This document shows, in pieces, positions 1 through 7,245 of a stretch of 64,000 bases of DNA. The translations under genes and the position numbers were made by a program. Below the pieces are notes generated by a model. That model did no database searches. It was given only the letters and a program-made list of their open reading frames with translations, and was not told the origin of the DNA. The stretch's first letter is position 1. Each line of letters begins with the position of its first letter. The DNA lies in assembly GCA_048886685.1 (NCBI GenBank), contig JBHLKM010000001.1, forward strand, positions 128,001 through 192,000. Direction: 5' to 3'. This DNA is from Candidatus Hodarchaeota archaeon (GTDB taxonomy: Archaea > Asgardarchaeota > Lokiarchaeia > Sigyniarchaeales > SOKP01).

Positions 1-51
1 ATAAGTGATGGCGATGACATATTATTAATTCCAGCAAGTACAGCTGGTTAA
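1..51 (+). CDS. 3' end of a ubiquitin-like (beta-grasp) protein, partial at window edge; paralog of 1922..2254
   Basis: Frame 1 reads ISDGDDILLIPASTAG-stop; the last 14 residues are identical to the C-terminus of the Ubl at 1922..2254 (VNDGDDILLIPASTAG). Not in the ORF track. Confidence 0.85.
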   Translation: MSDGDDILLIPASTAG

Positions 52-95
52 AATTTTAGGAAATAGTAAATTGCTTTAAATATCATTTACTTTTT

Positions 96-890
96 TTATC
101 CTCTATCTTTTCTTGAGGGAATTAGAGCTATTTCATCATCATCTTCTAAATTAAAGTCTTTTATTTGTGAGGTTTCGTCTAATAATATCCCTCCTGAAGA
201 GAGTAGAAAACTTTCTAGATTATAATCAAATAACCTTCCAATTTTTTCTTTGATAATACCAACTAATTCACTAGTATCTATTATTATTATTTTTGTTTTA
301 TCACCTGCCTCAACTAATGATCTTATGTAAACACGGATTTGGTCTTCAGTATCAAAAGTGTTTATAATTGGTGGATAAGTAATGTTCTCATCAGTTATAT
401 CTCTATTTCTCAACATATTTTCAATTAATGTTTTTCTCTCATTTGAGTCAAAATAAAGCATTTCCCGAATAAAAAAAATCTTGTCCATTTTTGATAAATT
501 TAGTAGATTTATTTTATTTATTTCTTCTTGACTAAAAACTGAAAAAATGTACTTATCGATTATTGTCATATCCTTATAGGATTCATTGCTTTCAACATAT
601 TCTTTAATTTGAGGCATTGCATCAATATATTCTTCAATTATTTCAGATGATTTCATTTTAATTGATTTTGGTTCAGGTAAATATTTTTTTTTCTTAAATT
701 TATCATCCCAACTACCTTTAGAATGGATAACTGTATACACAGTACTAGTAGAAAGTACTGAAACACTACCTATTGATATAATAAAGAATAGGGAATAATT
801 TTCTATATGAAATAGGAAAAAAGAGGCATAAATCAAAATACAAACTGTATAAAGAGCAATAACAATTAAAATTCTATTTTTTTTCCTCAT
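96..890 (-). CDS. Membrane-anchored ubiquitin-like protein (2 N-terminal TM helices, helical linker, C-terminal beta-grasp ending in free Gly)
   Basis: Hydrophobic segments at about aa 7-28 and 33-56. Aa 184-258 align without gaps to the soluble Ubl (27/75 identical by hand, including F.LSSGG...DE.S...D.N..D.D.I.LIP). Ends ...RKDRG-stop. Confidence 0.8.
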   Translation of the reverse strand: MRKKNRILIVIALYTVCILIYASFFLFHIENYSLFFIISIGSVSVLSTSTVYTVIHSKGSWDDKFKKKKYLPEPKSIKMKSSEIIEEYIDAMPQIKEYVESNESYKDMTIIDKYIFSVFSQEEINKINLLNLSKMDKIFFIREMLYFDSNERKTLIENMLRNRDITDENITYPPIINTFDTEDQIRVYIRSLVEAGDKTKIIIIDTSELVGIIKEKIGRLFDYNLESFLLSSGGILLDETSQIKDFNLEDDDEIALIPSRKDRG

Positions 891-975
891 GATTTTTTAA
901 TTAGATTGTTTTCTGAATTTAAAATATATAATTTAAAATTTAAATGAGATTGGAATAAAATTGAAGTTTTTATCT

Positions 976-1647
976 TTAATCGCCTTGAATTAAATTTTTA
1001 ACCTTTATATAATTCTTTACATCAAATTTGAACAGTTTTCTTTTATTGTCTTTCTCAATATTTACTAATTTCAGATCTGTTAAGATACCTAAATATTTTT
1101 TAATTGTGTTATGATTTTTTTTCATCCCAGATGCAATTTCTGTAATTTTTAATGCTTTATTCTCTTGCCTCATAAAATCAATTATTTCTTGAAGAATTTG
1201 TTTCCGCAAATAATAGTATAGGTCATCATATTTAGGATTTGAATCAAATTTAAAGAAAATTCTATGATTGTTGATTTGCTTTGATCTTACGAATTGGAAT
1301 TTTTCTAAACATGATAAGTGCCATAAAGCTTGATTACTTCCGATTTGCAGAACTTTCATTATTTCATTAATATTTGATGGATTCTTTTTAATGTAATTAA
1401 AAATTTCATTTCTTTTAGGATGTTCTATAATGTTATTTTTCATTAATCTGGTACCAGGAAGAATAACTCTTCGTTTAATTAAATCTTTTAAGATAAGCTC
1501 TATTCTATTCTCGTTTATATTAGGATTATACCTTACCCTATTATTAATAAATGATATAATTTCTCTTAGGGAAAAGAAGGTCTTTTTCGCTAAATATTCT
1601 TCTACTAATTCAAGAACAACAGATTCAGCATTATCCAGAGAATTCAT
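976..1647 (-). CDS. Tandem winged helix-turn-helix (ArsR/MarR-like) transcriptional regulator
   Basis: Two wHTH-like repeats (RNEIFNYIKKNPSNINEIMKVLQIGSNQALWHLSCLEK; LKITEIASGMKKNHNTIKKYLGILTDLKLV) plus an N-terminal wHTH-like segment. Confidence 0.7.
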   Translation of the reverse strand: MNSLDNAESVVLELVEEYLAKKTFFSLREIISFINNRVRYNPNINENRIELILKDLIKRRVILPGTRLMKNNIIEHPKRNEIFNYIKKNPSNINEIMKVLQIGSNQALWHLSCLEKFQFVRSKQINNHRIFFKFDSNPKYDDLYYYLRKQILQEIIDFMRQENKALKITEIASGMKKNHNTIKKYLGILTDLKLVNIEKDNKRKLFKFDVKNYIKVKNLIQGD

Positions 1648-1921
1648 GAGCTTATAATTTTATTGTGTTAAAAATTTTGGTCTTGTAAATTTGTATTCTC
1701 TTTAAAGCAACATTTTATTGAATATATATAATAATAGGCATTCATACAATTTATAATATAATTTCTTATAAGTCTTAATTTGCTCCATCTCATTTTTGAT
1801 ATAACCGCAAAAAACTTCAAAATCATTCCAAAGGATTTTATATTATCTTTTTAATGCGATTTTATTAAGTTAATAAAAAATAACAAATAACAAAAAAAAA
1901 TAAAAAAAAGGAGTGTTTTAA

Positions 1922-2254
1922 ATGAGTTTTGATGAATTTGAGGAGGACTTAGGTGAGGAGGAACCTTTAAAATCTAAAACTCCCGCCACTAAAACCCCTT
2001 CCACAGGAAAAAAACTTACTTTATATTTCATGTCAACTATTGGTCCTGGTGAAAAGAAGGAAAAATTAACAGTAAATGACAGTAATCAAGTAAGAGATAT
2101 TAAGCGAACTTTAGGTAATCTATATGGACTTGATCCTAATGACTTTCATTTATCTTCAGGTGGAGTAACAATGGATGAAAATAGTTCTTTAAGAGACTAT
2201 AATGTAAACGATGGCGATGATATTCTTTTGATCCCTGCGAGTACTGCGGGGTAA
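1922..2254 (+). CDS. Ubiquitin-like modifier protein with acidic/disordered N-terminal extension, C-terminus ...STAG
   Basis: Beta-grasp pattern (strand-strand-helix VRDIKRTLGNLYGL, LSSGGVTMDENSSLRDYNVNDGDDILLI, compare ubiquitin [28 protein letters not shown]). Directly upstream of E1-E2-JAB-RING. SD-like GGAGTG upstream. Confidence 0.9.
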   Translation: MSFDEFEEDLGEEEPLKSKTPATKTPSTGKKLTLYFMSTIGPGEKKEKLTVNDSNQVRDIKRTLGNLYGLDPNDFHLSSGGVTMDENSSLRDYNVNDGDDILLIPASTAG

Positions 2255-2287
2255 ACTTATATAATTTTTTTCATAAAATATAATATG

Positions 2288-2316
2288 AGGGCTTTAAGCC
2301 CTTACCCTTTTTTATT
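2288..2316 (+). terminator. GC-containing hairpin followed by T-tract between the Ubl and E1 genes (putative terminator/attenuator)
   Basis: AGGGCT-TTA-AGCCCT inverted repeat (2288-2302), then TACCCTTTTTT, in an otherwise very AT-rich spacer. Confidence 0.4.
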
Positions 2317-2321
2317 TATTA

Positions 2322-3557
2322 TTGGTGATAATATTGAAAAAGAGTTCAGATTTTTTTAGTAAAGACCTAACATCGGAAGAAAGAAATTTATATGACCGAC
2401 AATTTAGACTTGAAGGATGGTCACAGAAACTAGTAAAAAATTCAAGAGTTTTAATGGTAGGGGTCGGGGGATTAGGGTGTGAAATTGCCAAGAACCTAGC
2501 AATGTTAGGTGTGGGCCATATAGATTTAGTAGATTTAGATATTATAGAACATTCAAATTTAAATCGTCAAATTTTATTCGCAGGTGCTAAGTTGGGAGAA
2601 CCTAAAGCGATAGTAGCAGCAAAAAAATTGATTGAAATTAATCCGAATATAATTATTAAAGGATATCATAGTTCCCTAGAAAGATTGGATCCAGCATTAT
2701 ATCAAGCTGCTGATGTCGTCGTAGGTGGTCTTGACTCCATGAACGCTCGGTTGAATTTAAATGCTCAATGTATAAGATTTAGAAAACCGTTAGTAGATGG
2801 AGGTGTATCAGGTTATCATGGTCACGTTTATACAGTTTTTCCTTACAAAAATGCGTGTTATGAATGCAATCCACTCCCAGTAGGAGAAAATGATGAGATG
2901 GCAGCATGTACAGTCGTAGGTGTGCCAAGAAAAAGAATCCATTGCGTTTTCAAAGGAGATATGGCCTTTAAGGAAGAATTTGACAGGGATCCTAATCCAA
3001 AGAATATTAGTGATATAAAATTTATTCAAAAAATTGCTAACGAACTAGTAGATAAACACAACTTTCCTCCTGAGTATACTGAAGATGATATAGTTAAAAT
3101 TATTGATAGGCATGATCCTGGAATTATAACCATCAATGCTGTCATTTCTGCATTACAATCACATGAAGTTGTAAAAATCCTTCATTGGAAAAAAGGTCAT
3201 AAGGGTTTAGGTGAACCAATTAAATCCTACGTTATTTTCAATGCTATAACAATGATGTTTTATCATATTGAAAAGAAAAGAAATCCAGAATGTTCTCAAT
3301 GCGGGAAAAATGTTCGAAGATTCGTAGTCAAGTTGAAAAGGAGTTCTCCATGTATTAATATAATAAAAACCTTAGAAAATTATGGCTTTAAATTAAACCC
3401 TGATCTGGAACCCGTTATAACATTACTGGATTTTAATGACGTCAAGATGATTGATTTAGAACAGAATCCAATTGACAATAATTTACGAAATTATGAATTT
3501 ATGACAATTGCAGGCTTTATAGAAGGAGAAATTTTTGTAACCTTAAAATTAAAATAA
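2322..3557 (+). CDS. Ubiquitin-activating enzyme E1 (ThiF/UBA family, eukaryote UBA3/UBA2-like); probable start TTG at 2334
   Basis: GVGGLGCE nucleotide-binding loop, DLDIIEHSNLNRQ, Zn motifs CYEC and CSQC, catalytic-Cys motif CTVVGVPRKRIHC (C196), PGIITINAVISA, and a C-terminal extension at the UFD position. Confidence 0.92.
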   Translation: MVIILKKSSDFFSKDLTSEERNLYDRQFRLEGWSQKLVKNSRVLMVGVGGLGCEIAKNLAMLGVGHIDLVDLDIIEHSNLNRQILFAGAKLGEPKAIVAAKKLIEINPNIIIKGYHSSLERLDPALYQAADVVVGGLDSMNARLNLNAQCIRFRKPLVDGGVSGYHGHVYTVFPYKNACYECNPLPVGENDEMAACTVVGVPRKRIHCVFKGDMAFKEEFDRDPNPKNISDIKFIQKIANELVDKHNFPPEYTEDDIVKIIDRHDPGIITINAVISALQSHEVVKILHWKKGHKGLGEPIKSYVIFNAITMMFYHIEKKRNPECSQCGKNVRRFVVKLKRSSPCINIIKTLENYGFKLNPDLEPVITLLDFNDVKMIDLEQNPIDNNLRNYEFMTIAGFIEGEIFVTLKLK

Positions 3558-3666
3558 ACGGTTTAGCAAAAATGTATTTTATAAAAATTTAATGAAATAA
3601 TTAAAAATATAACTATAAATTTAGATATTTAAAGTAAATAATAAGAAAATCTAAAGGGTTGAGAGT

Positions 3667-4194
3667 ATGAGTATAAGAAGTAGTCGAATCTCACAAGATT
3701 TTGCTGGATTAAAAAAATTATATAAACAAGGAACAATTGTTCAGTTAAAACCATTTAATCCTCAAAGAAAGAGTATTGATCATTTAGCAATAACTATTAA
3801 AGGACCTAAGGGTACCGCTTATGCAGGTGGTCTTTTTAAATTAGAAATGAAATTCCCTGCTCAGTATCCTAGGCAACCACCTTTTGTTAGATTACATACT
3901 CCAATTTGGCATCCAAATTTCTGGGCAAAACCGAATGAATATAAAGGACAGAGAAATATTTGTTTAGCGTTAGTAGATCCATCTTTAGTTGGAAAAAAAG
4001 GTGGGTGGAGTCCATCAAAAACAGCTGTTACTGTCGTTCAGGCTATAATTGCGATGTTAAATACACGAGGCAAGTATGTAAATCCAACTGATGTTTTCAA
4101 TAAGAAAGCAGCGATAGAGATGATGAAAAATCAGAAGTTTTTTGAGAAAAAAGTGAAAAATCTCGTTAAAAAGTATGCTAATAAGAAGTGGTGA
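3667..4194 (+). CDS. Ubiquitin-conjugating enzyme E2 (UBC fold)
   Basis: GPKGTAYAGGLFKLEMKFPAQYPRQPP, TPIWHPN, catalytic C99 (NICLAL), WSP motif, FNKKAA helix. Confidence 0.93.
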   Translation: MSIRSSRISQDFAGLKKLYKQGTIVQLKPFNPQRKSIDHLAITIKGPKGTAYAGGLFKLEMKFPAQYPRQPPFVRLHTPIWHPNFWAKPNEYKGQRNICLALVDPSLVGKKGGWSPSKTAVTVVQAIIAMLNTRGKYVNPTDVFNKKAAIEMMKNQKFFEKKVKNLVKKYANKKW

Positions 4195-5021
4195 AAAATA
4201 AAATGGGAGAAGAAAATTCACATATAGACTCTATTAAAGAAACAATAAAATTGAAAATTAAAGACATAATAAAGAAGGAGTTGTTAGAGGAAATTTATGA
4301 AGAATTAAAATTAGAAGAAAAAGAATTAGTTAATGAAATTAGTTCGATGATTTCTAAAAAAAGTCCTGAAAGACAAACGATTAAGCATTCAGCTACCATT
4401 CCCACCAAATCAGAGACAATAAAAGTAGAGGAAAAAAGTATTGATGAAGATAAAATAGAAAAAGAGGTATACATTTCTGTTAAAGCAATTCTAAAAGTGG
4501 CAAGTCATGCGCTTAAATATGCGAATCCTAAAATTCCTAGACAGAGTTGGGTAGAAGTAATAGGGTTACTTGCAGGAAAGGTAGATGATAAGAATGGCAT
4601 TTTACATATTGAGGATTACTATCCTATGGGTCATGGAACAGCAGTTTATGCCGAAATAAAAGATTATAGAAACTATGCTAGAGCTTTCCAAGATATTAAA
4701 AAACAAAAGTTATTTATCTGTGGTTGGGCTCATAGTCATCCTTCTTACGGATGCTTTATGTCTAGTGAAGATATTGGTACTCAATCAAGATATCAAAAAC
4801 TTTGGAACAAAGCTGTTGCCCTTGTTATCGATCCATACCTTATTGATGGAACATCAGCTGGTTTTGAGATTTATCGAGCGGATTTAACCACAAAGAGTTG
4901 GTACCCTTTAGTTTATGGCATTAAAGGGTCATTAGACATTCGCATGCTCCCAGAAATACTAAATTTTATGAATCCGATAATTGAAGGGAAAGCAATTTAT
5001 CTTGAATATGATGAAAATTGA
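4188..5021 (+). CDS. JAB1/MPN+ (JAMM) metallo-isopeptidase, Rpn11/CSN5-like, with charged N-terminal extension; probable start ATG at 4203
   Basis: EVIGLLAG catalytic Glu; GWAHSHPSYGCFMSSEDIGTQ fits E-xn-HxH-x7-S-x2-D; AVALVIDP. Overlaps the E2 stop. Confidence 0.92.
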   Translation: MVKNKMGEENSHIDSIKETIKLKIKDIIKKELLEEIYEELKLEEKELVNEISSMISKKSPERQTIKHSATIPTKSETIKVEEKSIDEDKIEKEVYISVKAILKVASHALKYANPKIPRQSWVEVIGLLAGKVDDKNGILHIEDYYPMGHGTAVYAEIKDYRNYARAFQDIKKQKLFICGWAHSHPSYGCFMSSEDIGTQSRYQKLWNKAVALVIDPYLIDGTSAGFEIYRADLTTKSWYPLVYGIKGSLDIRMLPEILNFMNPIIEGKAIYLEYDEN

Positions 5022-5050
5022 AACAGATAAATTTTGGTGATTCTTAAACT

Positions 5051-6256
5051 GTGGCAAAAATTAAATCTGTGGCAATTGTTTTGGTTATATTTCTATTAAT
5101 AGGCATAATACATGGTATTATTTCAGATTCATTAAATGTATTTGTAAGTTGGTTATTGATTGGAATCTGGTTGATATTTTCTTTTAAGGTTCTAAAAAAT
5201 ATTAAGCAGTATCGTGAATATAATTCACCTCATAATACTGCATTTTTTACAATTGCTCCTGTCTTTTTTGGAATTTTTTATTCAATCTGGGGAAATTTTA
5301 CAGGTTTATTAGGTGAAAATCTTCTAGAAGATACAGATTTATATTTAAGCTGGTGGAGTATTCTTTTTGGATTTCCATATATATTATATGGTTCTATTTC
5401 TCTGTATCGTTGTTTCAAAAAATTTAATGTGATTTATTTTGGAACTAAATCAGTAAATGCACGTAAATTTGGATACATTTTAGGCATCTCAATCCTATCT
5501 TTTATACTTATTTATTGGATAAGTTTTTATTCACTTATCGACTTCTATGATTCTTATTTAGTACCTCTTCACTTTTTAGTAGATCTAAATCTTTTAATCT
5601 TGCTTATCAGTACAATATTAATAATAATTATCCCGGGATTGTTTGGAGCCCAAACAAGATTACCCCAATTAACAAGAGATTATATAACACAAAGAACAAA
5701 TCGATTAAACCAATTAACCTCACCTACAAGCAATGGAACTCCTAGAAGATATAGAGAGAGCGTTCGGAAAACAACAAGAACATCTCCAACTCCCATAACC
5801 AGAACTGTTACGAGTAGATCAAGTTCAATTAGCCATTCTTCAAGAACAACACCCACAATGCACAGTCGATCTACAACTTCAAGGTCCAAAACAGCTACTC
5901 GAACTGTAAGCAGAGGTTCGGCAGGAACGCAAGTAAGAAGCAAACAAAGCACCAAAAAGATAAGTAATTTTAATCTGTATAAACCAAGAGCGGCACGTCT
6001 GTCAACAGAGGATTTTAAATGTATCTTTTGTTTTAAATTACCGAAATTTCCTGAAGATAGGGGAAGAGGAATAATTTTGTGTCCTAATTGTCGATATCCT
6101 GCTCATGCAGACGAATTTAAAGATTGGTTACGAAGTTCAAACCTCTGTTCTCGATGCAACGCGCCAATTCCAGCCAGTTACAGAAAAAATCCTAAAGTAT
6201 TGACTATCAAAAATTATATAGTCGTAGTCAAGCATTTTGTAAATAATAGGAAATAA
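5051..6256 (+). CDS. Six-TM membrane protein with Ser/Thr/Arg-rich linker and C-terminal RING-like zinc finger (putative membrane E3 ligase)
   Basis: Six hydrophobic segments in aa 7-198; low-complexity aa 201-305; C324xxC327...C344PNC347...H352xxE355...W359L...C366xxC369, with the RING-typical WL before the last CxxC. Last gene of the Ubl operon. Confidence 0.8.
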   Translation: MAKIKSVAIVLVIFLLIGIIHGIISDSLNVFVSWLLIGIWLIFSFKVLKNIKQYREYNSPHNTAFFTIAPVFFGIFYSIWGNFTGLLGENLLEDTDLYLSWWSILFGFPYILYGSISLYRCFKKFNVIYFGTKSVNARKFGYILGISILSFILIYWISFYSLIDFYDSYLVPLHFLVDLNLLILLISTILIIIIPGLFGAQTRLPQLTRDYITQRTNRLNQLTSPTSNGTPRRYRESVRKTTRTSPTPITRTVTSRSSSISHSSRTTPTMHSRSTTSRSKTATRTVSRGSAGTQVRSKQSTKKISNFNLYKPRAARLSTEDFKCIFCFKLPKFPEDRGRGIILCPNCRYPAHADEFKDWLRSSNLCSRCNAPIPASYRKNPKVLTIKNYIVVVKHFVNNRK

Positions 6257-6279
6257 GATTTAGGACAGTCCTAAATAGT

Positions 6280-7245
6280 TTAATTTTTCTTTTTTAGCTT
6301 TTCCTTTAAATCCCCTATTTTAGTTGTCAATTCCGCAAAAACATTATGCGGATGAATACTTTCTTGTGATAAAATTTTAAATTTTATTTCAAAATCATCT
6401 TCAAGATTTGGAAAATCTCTTAAAATGAAATTTCTTGCCATTTCTCTTATAACATCTTCAGAAAATAGGGGTTTTAAATGAGCGCTTCTTACTAATTCAG
6501 CTTCCTCAGGTCGCTTTAACACAGATTGTATTTTTCCGCTCATAGATTCTTCTATTACATCAATTATATCTAAGACATCAATTTTATGATTTGATAAATC
6601 TTTAATTTGAACAGTAATAGTGCCAATTGACCTCTGGTTATGTGATGAAAATGGGAGAATATTAATTAACTTTTTAAGGTCATCTTCTGAGACGTTAATA
6701 TCTTTTCTCGTTTTGATGATTTCTTCAGCATATTCCTGTGACATTTCTTTTGCACATGGACATACTGTCATTCCGACAGCGCTTGCTCCAATGAAATAGG
6801 TATAATCAATTTCACCTGATGATGATCTGTTTGCTTTAACATAAGAGCTAATATCGTATGATTTTTGGATATTTCTTGTATTATTTTCTCTAACTTGTAC
6901 AACTATTCTTCCCTCTAGCTTAACTTCCGCCTTTGAAGTATAGAGATGCCGTTCTAACAGTTTTCGAACTATTCTATCACCTACTAATTCAATTGTGGGC
7001 GTTGGTTTGAAAATTACCTCATTTATAACTTCTTCTATAGTTTCAGAAGTTCTTGACATATGAATGCCTCGTTGTTGAGCAGGAAGGTCGATTAATGCTG
7101 AAATTTTTGGATAAAATGAGTACTTCTTATTCTCTTGTACAATTTCAACTTTTTTCTCTAGTTCAACAATCCCAACTTTATCTATAGCGATATCGAATGC
7201 AGATCCCGAATCTTGAAGATCCATTTTAAATTTGTAAATTTTCAC
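6280..7245 (-). CDS. mptA: GTP cyclohydrolase IV MptA (FolE2/GCYH-IB family)
   Basis: RGIHMSR, GMTVCPCA, SHNQR, VLKRPEE, P.FSEDVIR and ESIHPHN motifs. Confidence 0.9.
   Translation of the reverse strand: MKIYKFKMDLQDSGSAFDIAIDKVGIVELEKKVEIVQENKKYSFYPKISALIDLPAQQRGIHMSRTSETIEEVINEVIFKPTPTIELVGDRIVRKLLERHLYTSKAEVKLEGRIVVQVRENNTRNIQKSYDISSYVKANRSSSGEIDYTYFIGASAVGMTVCPCAKEMSQEYAEEIIKTRKDINVSEDDLKKLINILPFSSHNQRSIGTITVQIKDLSNHKIDVLDIIDVIEESMSGKIQSVLKRPEEAELVRSAHLKPLFSEDVIREMARNFILRDFPNLEDDFEIKFKILSQESIHPHNVFAELTTKIGDLKEKLKKKN

Noticed and set aside
1922-3557. Reading the Ubl + E1 as a MoaD/ThiS-MoeB/ThiF sulfur-carrier pair
   Set aside because: Adjacent E2, JAMM and RING genes, a UBA3-like catalytic-Cys domain and the lack of a GG tail fit protein conjugation better.
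5651-5965. Nucleotide tandem repeat or mobile insertion in the E3 linker
   Set aside because: Low complexity is at the amino-acid level (S/T/R); no exact DNA repeat unit or target-site duplication is visible.
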